Of a stretch of DNA of 64,000 bases, positions 15,437-27,173 are shown in pieces (the stretch's first letter is position 1; the number at the start of each line of letters is the position of its first letter). Position numbers and translations under genes: made by a program. The notes under the pieces are model-generated. The model saw only the letters and a program-made list of their open reading frames with translations, did not search any database and had not been told where the DNA came from. This DNA comes from Marsupella aquatica (lineage: Eukaryota > Plantae > Marchantiophyta): contig OZ316891.1 in the NCBI GenBank assembly GCA_973895155.1, positions 21,440,413-21,504,412 of the forward strand, in the 5' to 3' direction.

Positions 15437-15767
15437 GTTGTTGTCAAGGGACAGGTCAAAATAAAGAAAGCACATTGGACACCCTAGCGCACGGTAAACA
15501 GACGAACGAGACAGATAAACAGACGAAAGAGAACGAGACTGTTTCTCAAAAGTTTAATAAATGGTTTTCGCCCCCATCAGAAGGTGAACGCGGGAGGCAT
15601 CAGCGTAAGCCCTTGACAAAATGTTGTTGTGTTTAAGGAACAGGCAAAAATATAGAAGCCTACTCCACACTGATCAGACGAAAGAGAGACGAAAGAGACC
15701 AAGAATTTTTTCCACAAGCTGTTTGTCCCCCATCTAAAGGTAAACGCTGGAGGCGTCAGCGCAAGCC
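15437..15767. repeat. degenerate ~170-bp tandem duplication in non-coding DNA
   Basis: gttgttgt...acagg..aaaata.agaa...cagacgaaagaga...cccccatc..aaggt.aacgc.ggaggc.tcagcg.aagcc occurs twice in tandem. Confidence 0.65.
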
Positions 15768-17138
15768 TAAGGGCGACAAACGATGGTCACCAAACAATCC
15801 CAGAAAATGGCCAGAAATGCCTGAAACCGTTGTTGGAGCCAATCCAGCCAGAGCGCAATGGAAGCAATAAGTACAGAGTGAGCTGCCATTATGTTTGACT
15901 AGGAAAATGAGCTCTAAGCAACAGAAACTTAAATCGAGTAAATGCCTCTGAATCAAGGAAGGTAAGAGCGAGGGAAACATGGGAGCCGTTCACAAGAGAG
16001 AATGCTCGAACACTCAGGAGTCCAACACTTCGACAACCAAAAGCACAGCTCAACGGACCTCAGAACAGTCGAAGTGCAAGAGTGCAGAAACCGCATTACC
16101 TCAGAAATAGTGTAAAAGCGGCACAGACCCTCCAGCTGAAATCCCGTCCCAAGCACAAATCGCTATACTCCAAAGAAGAAGCTCAAGGGTTTCAGCGAAC
16201 AAACATTCACTCGACAGTACAGAAACTTTGCCAACCCAAAACCACAGCTGAATTAGTAATAGACCCCCCTCAGCGCGCTAGCGAATTGCACAATATCGCC
16301 CGACGAGAATCCTCGAGACTGCTTCGAAGGGTCCCCTTCATCCCCATTCTCGAGGACGCACATGCTGATGAAAGCTCAAGAGAGGCTCTCGAGGGGGAAT
16401 TAGACGACTTTGAATTTGAACGACTCCTACATAATTGCAAAGATCGCCCAGCAAGAATGCTCGAGATTGCATCAAAGTCCTCCTTCATCGCTATCGCTTT
16501 CCATTCCATTCCATTTTCTTGAGGACGGTGATGAAAGCTCAAGAGAAGCGATGGAGGGGAATTAAACAACTTTGAACTTAACCGACTCTACAGCCGGGCC
16601 CCCTCGGCAAAGCTCTTTCCTCCTGCCCGCGCCATCTACGGGACATTTCGCACTGACCTAGACTCCTCCACGCTGCCCGCAAGATCGTCGGGTTTGACGG
16701 TCATTCCCAGCCGTTGGATGAGCTTGTTTTCGCGCTGAACATGACTGGATGACGTTTTTCGTCCCGGCTGCCCGATAGTCATCATTACAGTGTACTGTAG
16801 CCCAAACAATATTCTATTCCATTTTACTTTTTCTTGTATTCTTGAGCGTGTAGTAGAGGGAACTTAAAGCCATATGGACCCTTGTCCATGAAGCCCTTAG
16901 GATAAGCCACATCTGCATGGACATGGACTTATGAAAACACAAAGATATGCTTGAATAATTTACTTTTTTATCCAAAAAAATCCCAGTTTGAATTGACGGA
17001 CATGTTGTCGTGTTGTCTGACACATAAACTCGTCACATTCCTGCTCAAAATAGGGCCAAATGTTGCATGTTCGCCTGTGTTCCCTGGCCGGACCCAAACT
17101 TTTCCGAACACCTCCTGGCCTGGTCATGAACTCTCCCG

Positions 17139-17462
17139 TGTGGGGAGAAATCTTCTCCGGAAAAATACTCCAAACATACATGTGCTCAATAGTTACGTGG
17201 TTCGCCTCAAGGTTGGCTACGTCCACGGGAAGACCAAATTTTATTAATGGTTATGTGTCTACTCAAGCATCACCATAGCTCTCATTTCTTCAAGCTCTCA
17301 TCTCTTGCTATATCACTGTGTTCTCTCTTGAGAACTCTTTTGTGTGTTCTCACACCACATAGAAGTTGAAGAGATAAGGACCAATCTCTTCAACTAGGGT
17401 TTACTCTAACCCTAGTTAACATACTAACCATAGTTCAACCCAAGACTGAGTTAACCTCTACA
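17139..17462 (-). repeat. copia 3' LTR (324 bp)
   Basis: tgtggggaga...ttaacctctaca; matches 26866-27173 apart from ~14 substitutions (counted by eye) and a 16-bp indel. Confidence 0.95.
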
Positions 17463-17464
17463 AA

Positions 17465-17473
17465 CTCCCCCTT
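17465..17473 (-). promoter_or_regulatory. copia polypurine tract
   Basis: Minus strand AAGGGGGAG, 2 nt before the 3' LTR. Confidence 0.85.
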
Positions 17474-17656
17474 GACTCACGTCTTGGGAGGGTTCATAAC
17501 ATTGTCTTTTCCTTACAAGTTCATCCACGGGAAGCTCAAGACAGTAGGGCCAAAAGACCCTCCCCCTAATGCAAGGGTTAACTAAAACTAAGCCGTAGCC
17601 GATAAGCCATCGGACGGAGTACTCATATAGAGACATTTTCTTGGTTAACTCTATAT

Positions 17657-19776
17657 TTACAATATTTGTAAATAATTACAATGTCTTGAAAAACTATTGG
17701 AGTCTAATACTTTGGTAAAAGCATCCGTTGGATTAAGCTTTCCATCAATCTTGACAAGCTCAAACTCATCATCCGATAATGCCTGTCGGATGAAATGATA
17801 GCGGACATCAAATGTGCTTTACCCTGCCATCCATCACGTGATTCTTGGCAGTGTAAATTGCACTTTGACTGTCACAATGAAGATATACACACTCTTGTGA
17901 TAAACCCATCTCCGTGATAAGCTTTTTCAATCAAATGGTCTCTGATGCTGCTTCTGCTGCCGCTACATATACTCGGCATCCATAGTAGACTTTGCAACAC
18001 ACTTTTGGAGAGTAGACTTCCAACTAATGCATCCACCAGCAAGTGTAAATACATATCCAGTTGTTGATCTCCTCTTATCCAGATCACCTGCGTAGTCTGC
18101 ATCCACATAACCTTGAAGCACTTTCATATTGTTTGAACTTGCATCAAACAATAAACCCTTCTTAGTGGAACCTCTGATGTAGGGCAAAATCCATTTCACT
18201 GCTTCCCAATGAACTTTTCCTGGATTTGCCATGTATCTGCTTACCTTGCTAACGGCATAAGCTATGTCTGGTCGGGTGCATACCATGAGATACATTAAGC
18301 TACCCACAGCACTTTCATAAGGAACTTTGGACATCAAACTTTTTTCTGTTGCATCCAATGGACAAAATGCTGCAAAAATATTGAAATGCCTTGCCAAAGG
18401 AACATTCACAGCCTTAGCATCTGCCATGTTGAATTTTGAGAGTACCTTCTCCACATATCTTTTCTGCGTCAGCCAAAGTTTGGCTTTGTTAACATCCCTG
18501 ACAATCTCCATGCCTAGGATCCTCTTGGTTGTGCCCAAATCCTTCATCTTAAACTCAGAACTGAGTTGGGCCTTAAGCTTATCAACTTCGCCCCTATCCT
18601 GTGCTGCAATGAGCATGTCATCCACATAAAGTACAAGGATGACAAGCTTAAAACTTGTGTTGTTCACACGCCTGATGTAAACACATGGATCGTACACGTT
18701 TCGCACAAATCCAAGCGATTTCAAAAATTCATCAAAACGCTTGTTCCACTACCTTGGGCTCTGCTTTAACCCATACAAGGAGTTTAGCAACCTGCATACC
18801 AAATTTTTCTTGCCCTTTTGCACAAAACCCTTTGGTTGCCTCATTATATCACCTCATCCAACGATCCATATAAGAATGTTGTGACAACATCCATTTGATC
18901 TAAAACCAGATCAAATAAAACTACAAAAGCACATAGCAAACGTATTGTTGAATACTTTGCTACAGGTGAAAAAACCTCATTGTAGTCTATACCTTTCTAT
19001 TGAGTAAAACCCTTGGCTACCAACCAAGCCTTAAATATCTTCTCAGCATCCTCCGTGGGTCCATATTTCTTCCTATACACCCACTTGCTGTCAACAGCCT
19101 GCTTGTCACTAGGTAGACTTGTGAGTTCCCAAGTCTTGTTATCATGAAGTGATTTCATTTCCATGCGCATCGCCGCCTGCCACTGTTGTTTCTCCATAGA
19201 AGCTAGGACCTCTCGAAATGAGGATGGATCTCCATCTTCTGTCACCAATGCATCAATAGATTCTTCATCCAAATCCACTTGATCAGAAGGAAGCCAAGTT
19301 TCATACCTTTCCCGGGCTTGATGTTTGCGAGTTCTTCTTTGCACTGAAGACTCTGGCTGATCTGATTGTAGTGTGCTTTGTCTTACAGTGGTGTCAAAAT
19401 ATTCTTCATTTGACACATCCTCTCCCCTTAAATCCTCTAGAGGAGGAGATTGCTCGTTGTTAGTAGTAGGGAATTGACCTATCTCCCCCTCCTTCAATGA
19501 TTTGTCTTCATTGAAGGATACATCCCAACTAACAAGTAACTTGCAATCAACTGGATCCCACAATCGATATCCTTTAACATCACGCTGATAACCAAGAAAA
19601 ATGCATTTATGGGCTCTAGGATCTAGCTTAGTCCTATTGTTGCTAGGAACATGTGCATATGCTTCACAGCCAAAAATCTTAAGCTTTGAATAATCAACAG
19701 GTCGATTGTGCCATAGCTCAAAGGGGGTTTTGTAAGTATTTGCCCGACTAGGAGAGAGATTTACTAGATAAGCAGC
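17657..19776 (-). pseudogene. copia pol: integrase C-terminal part, reverse transcriptase, RNase H (stops/frameshifts)
   Basis: AAYLVN...TPFELW, KLDPRAHKCIFLGY, KAWLVAKGFTQ, LYVDDMLI, YLMVCTRPDIAYAVS, GYVDADYAGDLDKRRSTTGY, NPTDAFTK. Confidence 0.93.
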
Positions 19777-19842
19777 AGTGGTGACCCTCCCACCACGTGC
19801 CCATTCAAACTCGTTTCTCAGCCTTGAAACAAGTTGAACCTT
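19777..19842 (-). repeat. truncated 3' LTR remnant of the chromovirus (~66 bp)
   Basis: agtggtg(a/g)ccctcccaccacgtgccc...gaacctt is repeated at 22011-22077. Confidence 0.85.
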
Positions 19843-19983
19843 TAGCAAGTACCAAATAGCTTAAACGTAAGGATAGCAAAGTGGTTGCCCAACAACCACT
19901 AATTCGTGTAGGTTTTAGAACACTCTCAAGAGGCTAAGTGTGGTGAAACCAGGATACAACTTGCTTAGGTAATTGCAATCGCC

Positions 19984-20535
19984 CTACTTCAATAAGGGGG
20001 GCAAACCGCTTCGCTTACGATAGCTTGCAAGGATATTGGGACTGTGTTTTAGATTATCTTCGGGCTCCCATGTGCTTTCCGTTTGGTCGTATCCAGACCA
20101 TTTAACCAAATATTCAAGCATTTGCTTTCCGAGTCGATGCTTGTATCGGTGATCAAGAATAGTCTCCACAACGTACTCCTCCATATCATCAACAAGCAAG
20201 GCATCGGGCCGGAGGACTTGTTGCCGATTTGGGTCCAAATCCTTTACAAATTTCTTGAGTCGGCTCACATGGTAACTTTTTCCCGTTCCTCTTGAATCGG
20301 GCATGTCCAAAACTACAGAGACTGGATTATCCTTGTGGGCCCATCGCAAGATGCGATAGGGTCCTGCGTACCGGGGTGCCAACTTCCGACTTATCTTATT
20401 GTTGTATTGTTCGGGTCTCAATTGCAACCAGACGCTCTCCCCAATTTCAAAGCTCACCTGGCGTCGATGCTTGTCCCCTTGCTCCTTGTATCGACTTTGG
20501 GCAAGGGTCATCCCCTTGGTGGCTGCTTCCACCAC
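19984..20535 (-). pseudogene. gypsy integrase C-terminus (GPY/F) plus chromodomain
   Basis: KLAPRYAGPYRIL; EEYVVETILDHR...EYLVKWSGYDQTESTWEPEDNL (canonical Y/W/Y aromatic cage). Confidence 0.92.
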
Positions 20536-20686
20536 TAGACGCCGCTCTCGAATAAATTCGTTTGCTGCTGGAACCTTGCTTTCCGTTCACCAAGTATCAG
20601 AATTTATGAACCAGGCCGGAGCTCTAGGTTTCCGGCCTGTGGCCAAAAAGAACGGTGAAAATCCTGTCACCGTATGCGTGGTCGAG

Positions 20687-21813
20687 TTATACCAAAACTC
20701 GGCCATAGTTAAGTGCGTTGACCAATATTTTTGGTCCAACACTCACAAAATGGCGTAAATACTCCTCAAGGACCAAATTCAGGCGTTCAGTCTGCCCATC
20801 GGTTTCATGATGGTAAGCGGACCCTCTGGTAAGGTCTATGTCTGATAACCGGAATAAAGTTTTCCAGAAATGACCCGTGAATTTGGAGTCACGATCAGAC
20901 AAGATGTGCAAAGGCAATCCCCAAAGTCTGAAGACGTGATTAAACACCATTGATGCTACTTCCCGTGCCGAAACTGTGTTGCGCATAGGAAGAAAAAATA
21001 CCATCTTAGAAAAATGATCGACGATTGTTAAGATGACATCATAGCTATGGGATGATGGAAGACCTTGGATAAAATCCATGGAGATGGACTCCCAAGGTCC
21101 GGAAGCCACGGGTAAGGGTTGCAAGAGTCCTCCTTTTGCCTTGTAAACCGTTCGGTTTTTCTGGCATGAGTAACAACTTTGCACATGTTGGAGTACTGAA
21201 TTTTTCATGTCTGGCCAATACACGTCGCGGGACATACTTGAATAAGTAGAACGTTGTCCCCCATGCCCACCCCAAGGCGAGTCATGGTACTTTCTCAGAA
21301 CCTCTAATCTGAGTGACTCAGGAATGTAGACGCGTCTTTGTTTGTATCGCCATAAATTGACATTATATTTCTTGTCCAACACCCAAGACACGTTAGCTGG
21401 TCCAAGAAGGTCTTGGTAACTTGGTAACATGGTTGTGCCTGATGAATGTCTCTCCTTTGGTCTCCTTTCTTGAGTCCGCGGTTCCTCCTCTAAAAAAGCT
21501 TCCTTGACTGGTGGGGGCTCAGAATCACCCGCAATGTCCTCACCATCAAGCCCCAGATTGTCCATAATCAAATCATCATCCTGCTCATCATCTGAAAAGT
21601 CAAGATCATGAGCGGCAGGGCTAACTTCCTCTTTTTCAAAGTAGTCAGCCCGTAGATCGCCAAGGCTTGCGACGCTAGCGGGGGTCGTATCAATTGCCTT
21701 ACTCTTATGTCGCTGTCCAGAGATTTCCGACAAAGTAAGAGGGTCAGAATGAAGCCCCCTACTGACGTCCCACTCATTGGAGTGAATGGAGGGGCCTGAG
21801 CCACTTCAGCCAT
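20687..21813 (-). pseudogene. acidic Gag-like N-terminus fused directly to gypsy integrase (HHCC and core), frameshifted
   Basis: YHDSPWGGHGG...YWPDM...CYSCQKNR, GLLQPLP..PWESISMDFIQGLP, SDRDSKFTGHFW, AYHHETDGQTERLN; no protease/RT/RNase H in between. Confidence 0.88.
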
Positions 21814-21996
21814 TGATTTTGGCTTGATACGTCGCTTTCGCCCTTCCCCTTGGCCATCCCAAGATCGATTGCAAATGCTTTCAGTCGCACCACCAAGCCC
21901 AAGCCGTTAAGATAAGGCCCCGCACAAAAAAATACTTATTTTCTTTTGGATTCTGACTTAACTTGACGTTTGGCCCCGGCGTCTATGAAAGCGTAT

Positions 21997-22008
21997 GCTC
22001 TAATACCA
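21997..22008 (-). promoter_or_regulatory. chromovirus primer-binding site (tRNA-iMet type)
   Basis: Minus strand TGGTATTAGAGC, 2 nt after the LTR end ...CCACT. Confidence 0.85.
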
Positions 22009-22010
22009 CA

Positions 22011-23800
22011 AGTGGTGGCCCTCCCACCACGTGCCCGTCCAAACTCGTTTCTCAGCCTTGAAACAAGTCGAACCTTGCACTAACACGGAATGTTGGGGCA
22101 AGTTCTCCCCGACTATACTCCTTGTCGTTAGCGACCCCTCCCATACGAAGCCGCACTTGCCCTCGTCAGCACAACCGTCGCTCAACGGTCTTTGCTATCT
22201 GCACAAGCAACCAACCAACCGGTAAGAACTTGTCTTGATCTCGGAACTCCCAAGACCATTGTCTTGCCTCAAGCTCAACAGTCGTTAGTAAGTAGGTCAG
22301 CGGATAGAGCCTCCCAGGCCCGCATGGCATTGCCATAAGCTGAAACTAAGGTCGACATCACTGTTCGTCCAGAACAGTCTATCTACCGGATGTCGCCCAA
22401 GCTTCCCCACTTTTTACCCGTCAATGGCTGACCGCCCTGCCTCCAGGACATGCCCATGGCCCAAACTCAGTTTTTCACAAACTAGTAGTAACACGCCGGG
22501 ACCATTTAGTTTCTAGATCTTAGCCACCTCTCTGCGAAACCGGGTTCCGCTCAACCTCTCACCATGCATCGGGACCAGATCTCAATGGCAGCCCCCAGAG
22601 TCTACTTGGTTCTACCTCTCCAACATCAGGTCCCCGTGGGAACCAAATGCGGTTTGGTCACTGTTCGACTTCGGATCGGCAAGAGGGACTCCCCCCATTG
22701 CAAGCCTCAAAACCAAAATCATCCAATGCACAATCAGAGAGCACCATGAGGTAGCTTTCTTCATTAGCTTTCCAACGAGCCCAAGAACTCCTCCAACGGA
22801 GATCTGGTCGTCGAGTTATGTTTGTTTCCGCTTCAAAACTCGAAACGACGTATCTTTGTTGATCGCGATCAGCTCGAGCTCAAACTTGAGAGGACCACTC
22901 CCCTCATATATGCTTCTGGGGACCTGCCACCCCCGGACCAGCTTTGGTCCCCTATCTTTGGCCCCCCTACCCGAGGGTCCGTGGGCCCCGCCACTTTGCT
23001 CGAAACGAAGATAATTGAAAACCTTCTGTAACTTGGTCTCGAGCGCAAATTGTGGCATAAGGGGTTAAAAGTTACGGCCCTAACCTCGCTCTGGTCCAGG
23101 CAACCCCCCTGGTCCAGGCAACCCCCTCTTGGTCCATCGATGCACGGTGACTCTAATCGAGTCTAAATCGGCTATAACTTTTGGCCCCTAGGTCTGTTGG
23201 CCAAAAAATATACGGCCCCATGATCGGGCTCATGTGGGGCTTCTCAGGTCCCTATGGTGATCCGTTGGAAAAATAGTTCATTTTTCCGTGATCGGCAACG
23301 GGCCCAAACTACAAGTATGCGGCTTGAGTCGGCCATAACTTTTGGCCCCTGGGTCCGTTGGCCGAGAAATATGCGGCCCCATGATCGGGCTCATGTAGGG
23401 CTTCTCGGGCCCCTATGGTGATCCGTTGGAAAAATAGTTCATTTTTCCATGATCGGCAACGGGCCCAAACTACAAGCATGCGGCTTGAGTCGGCCATAAT
23501 TTTTGGCCCTTGGGTCCGTTGGCCGAGAAATATGCGGCCCCATGATTGGGCTCATGTGGGGCTTCTTGGGCCCCTATGGTGATCCATTGGAAAAATAGTT
23601 TATATTTCCGTGATCGGCAATGGGCCCAATAAAGTTAATTGGAGCGCGCTTTTGTCAAGTCTTGTCCTTGCTCTTACTAGCCTCCTCTTTGTTAGTCGCC
23701 TCCCTAATGGCCATGATGGTAGCAAATCTAAGAGGGGCTCAACGCTGGAGTTAGGCAACGCCGAAGAAATTACGAGTAGGTGAAAGTTATATTCGCGACT
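22011..23800 (-). repeat. chromovirus 5' LTR (~1.79 kb)
   Basis: Bounded by the PBS on one side and the TSD on the other; termini AGT/ACT. Confidence 0.75.
23168..23628. repeat. 161-bp tandem repeat (~2.9 copies) inside the chromovirus LTR
   Basis: Units start at 23168, 23329 and 23490 (tcggc.ataa.ttttggccc...tggaaaaatagtt...gggcccaa). Confidence 0.92.
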
Positions 23801-23805
23801 GCAGC

Positions 23806-25696
23806 TATGTTGACAGCTTCCGTCCAAAAGATTTGTGGCAATTTAGAGTGGCTCAACATGCTCCTTGCTCGCTCCAACAATGTGCGGTTGAGTCGCTCAG
23901 CAACACCATTTTTTTCAGGAGTGTACACAGTTGTGAGATGGTGAGTAATTCCCTTATTTGCACAATATGTGTTGAACTCGCCAGAGGTGTATTCACCACC
24001 ATTATCTGATCATAGATATCTTACATTCTTTGCAGTCTGTGTCTCAACTTGAGCTACCCATTGTTTGAAGATGGAAAACACTTCAAACTTATGGACAATG
24101 AAATAAATCCAAAAAAACCTTGAGTAATCATCGATAAACGATACATAGTATTGTTTGCCTGAATGTGAGGAAACCGGAGTAGGACCCCACAACTTTAGAA
24201 TGATGAATGGCAGTCAAAAATGGAGTTCTTGTTTTCTTGCCGACAATGCAATGATCACAAAAACTCAACTTGCATGCTTGCAATCCTGGTAGGAGATGTT
24301 GCTTGTGCAGGATTTCCAAACTTTTTTCACTCATGTGACCAAGCCGAGCATGTCATAAATTGATTTTCTCTTCCTGAGATGTGACCAAATTGACTTCGGC
24401 AAGAAGAGTGGTGCCTTCCAAGACATAGATATTTCTTTTCCTCTTGCCAATAAAAACTTTATTTGATCCATGCGTGACTGTTAACACCCCATCAGTTGCA
24501 CTCCATTGATAACTCTTCGCATCCAAGTAGCCAAGAGAAATCAAATTCTTACACATTTCTGGAATGTGTCTGACATTTGATAGAGTATAGTACTTGCCAC
24601 CGGGTAGTTGAATCTTTACGGATCCAATCCCTAAAACTTTGCAAGAATGATTATTTCCCATCAAAATAGATCCGTTGATAGGAGTGTAGGATGAGAAAAG
24701 TTTACGCATATAGCACATGTGATACGAGCAAGCAGAATCCAAGATCCATTGACAATCTTCAACTTGGGAAGTGGTACACAATGCAAATTCTTCACTATCC
24801 TCTTCTCGAACAACTACTTGGGCTGAAGAACCGACAACTTCCTTGAATGTGTCTTTGACGAGACAATCCTTCTTCATGTGGCCCACTTTATCACACTTCC
24901 AACACTTTATCTCACGAGTAGACTTGGATGGTGATTTGGATCGAAATCTAGATCTGGATCTAAACCTCCTCCTACCAAAAGATCGGTCGTGGAACCTTCC
25001 TCGCTTCATGGGAAGTGGGTTAAACCTTTTGTTTTCATGAGATGGCTCCCTTGATTTGCCTCTTTCTACCAACAGTGCTGTTGATGATGAGGTTGAGGTA
25101 GGATGAGCTGAAGAAACCAGCTTAGACTGCATGTCATCGGTCAATAGGGCACTCATCACATCATTGTAGGATATAGTTGTCTTATCACGGAATAGAAGAA
25201 CTCGAGACAAAGATTGGTACAAAGGTGGTAGTGAGCTCAAGAGTTGTAAGGCTTTCTTTTCTTCCCTCAAATGCTCCCCCAAATTCTCTAGGTCAACCAC
25301 AAGATCATTGAACTGATCGATATGATCTTGAATCTTGACTCCATCAGCCATTTTGAATTGCATGAGCTTCAGGCTTGCATACATTCGGTTTGACATCTCC
25401 TTCTTGTAGTACTTGTTGCGCAATGCTTGAAACAAGTCCCTCATCGTTTGTGTTGTTTTTTCCTCGAACTGCTTCTTCACATTGTTTTTCAGGTACATGC
25501 CAACAATACTTACCGCTTGATCTTGGAGATCATGCCAATCATCATCTTCCATCTCCTTGGGTTGAGATCTTAGTACCTTGCCTAGGCCCATCGCCCTAAG
25601 TGCATCCCTCATGTTACGTTCCCACATTGTATAGTCCATCTGACCATCAAATTTTTCCATCTCAAACCTTTGACCTCCAATCCTAGTAGTTGTCAT
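23806..25696 (-). pseudogene. copia gag (zinc knuckle), protease, GAG-pre-integrase and integrase N-terminal core
   Basis: MEKFDGQMDYTMW, CWKCDKVGHMKKDC, WILDSACSYHM, WGPTPV...YYVSFIDDYSR, TPEKNGVAERLNRTLLE; stop at 24353-24355 and frameshifts. Confidence 0.93.
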
Positions 25697-26851
25697 CGCT
25701 GGAATGCCAAATGTAGTGTGGAATCATCTTCCGACAAGAATTAAACGTCGAATACTCAGATGTGGGGTGTGAAAATAAGGCCAAAAATGAAAGTTGGTGA
25801 ATTTTGAAACTGATCACTCCTATGTATAGCCCACAAGATAACGCTCCAAATTCTGAAAATGATTTGTCAAATGGACTCTCGAGTGCCAAGAAGTTTTACT
25901 CCGATCGGAGGGGATTAAAAGATGAAATAATTACCCCTCGAGGGAATCTATTATGCCAAAGATTCCACTAGTATACTTTTTCAAAATCAAACGTACCAAT
26001 ACTTGCCTAGCTTCCTCAAGTACGCCTCTCCAAAAGTTGAAGTTGATCCGATTTTATTTGCCGCTTGGAATCTTTGACCTTCGGTAAAAATTTAAGCCTC
26101 TGGAAAATAATCTTTTCGGGAAATTTTGTCCGCCCTTGTACAGCCCCTGTGGGGTACTTCACAGGGGGCACTTCCCCTGCCCGAGCCCTGTCGAGCCCTA
26201 AAATACCTCCTCGAAATTTTCGACCTCCTCGCGCATCCGCGGAAGTCGCGACTACTCACGGCAGAAAGTACCCTTCGGCGGATTCACTCAAATTCCCGTC
26301 TCAGTTTTTGACGAAATACAATTCTAATTTCAGATTCAGAAACTAGACTTCGAGGGCATCAAGATTGATATAAAGAACTTGAAAAATGGTGGAGTAATGA
26401 AGGAGAACAAATTTGGTGAAAGTGACTCATATTAAGTTATCCGCCATAGCCAAAATTTCGAGCTCAAAAAACAAGAATTTAAATTAAGATTGTTTCTTAA
26501 CCGTTTGACAAAATTTAACGATGTTGATATCGAAACGTCTAGAAAGACAAGGCGCTCAAGCGTATCTCAATTTCAAGTCTCGATAGAACAATAAAAAATA
26601 ATGATCTGAGAAATTGACCTTATCTCTTGCCCGATAACGTAAATTGAAAACTGTCACTTACAATTGTTTCCGTTTCTGACCTCAGGCCTTCATTGCTTCA
26701 TTGAAATGAGCTCCTGGTTATGTGCTCCACACTTGTGAGAACATTGAGTCCGATCTTCTTTCAATAGCTCCGCTTCGAAGAGGAAATTATCCGTTGTTCG
26801 CTTTGCTTGAAGCAAGTTCTATGGAGTTCCTAATCGACTGAAAAAATCTGA

Positions 26852-26863
26852 GCTCTGATACCA
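26852..26863 (-). promoter_or_regulatory. copia primer-binding site (tRNA-iMet)
   Basis: Minus strand TGGTATCAGAGC adjacent to the 5' LTR. Confidence 0.92.
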
Positions 26864-26865
26864 AT

Positions 26866-27173
26866 TGTGGGGAGACATCTTCTCCGGAAAAACACTCCAA
26901 ATATACATGTGCTCAATAGTTACGTGGTTCGCCTCAAGGTTGACTATGTCCATGGGAAGACCAAGCTTTATTAATGGTTATGTATCTACTCAAGCATCAC
27001 CATAGCTCTCATGTCTTGCTATATCATTGTGTTCTCTCTTGAAATCTCTCTTGTGTGTTCTCACACCACATAGAAGTTGAAGAGATAAGGACCAATCTCT
27101 TCAACTAGGGTTTACTCTAACCCTAGTTAACATACTAACCATAGTTCAACCCAAGACTGAGTTAACCTCTACA
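26866..27173 (-). repeat. copia 5' LTR (308 bp)
   Basis: tgtggggaga...ttaacctctaca followed by TSD tcccg. Confidence 0.95.

Larger units (their letters stand above)
19777..23800 (-). mobile_element. nested Ty3/gypsy chromovirus derivative lacking PR/RT/RH, inserted in the copia integrase
   Basis: 5-bp TSD GCAGC (19772-19776, 23801-23805) splits copia ...FWTEAVNIA|AYLVN. Ends are AGT...ACT. PBS, gypsy integrase and chromodomain are present. Confidence 0.9.
17139..27173 (-). mobile_element. Ty1/copia LTR retrotransposon with both LTRs; decayed and interrupted by a nested element
   Basis: Two TG...CA LTRs, 5-bp TSD TCCCG (17134-17138 and 27174-27178), iMet PBS, PPT, and gag-PR-INT-RT-RH order on the minus strand. 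Confidence 0.96.

Noticed and set aside
16371-16560. miR390-like aagctcaagaga sequences; also miR156/529-like agaagagagagcac near 53041
   Set aside because: Only partial matches to the mature miRNAs and no convincing precursor hairpin.
16082-16569. 146-aa and 99-aa overlapping ORFs as genes
   Set aside because: No domain similarity; they overlap short local duplications and are likely chance ORFs.
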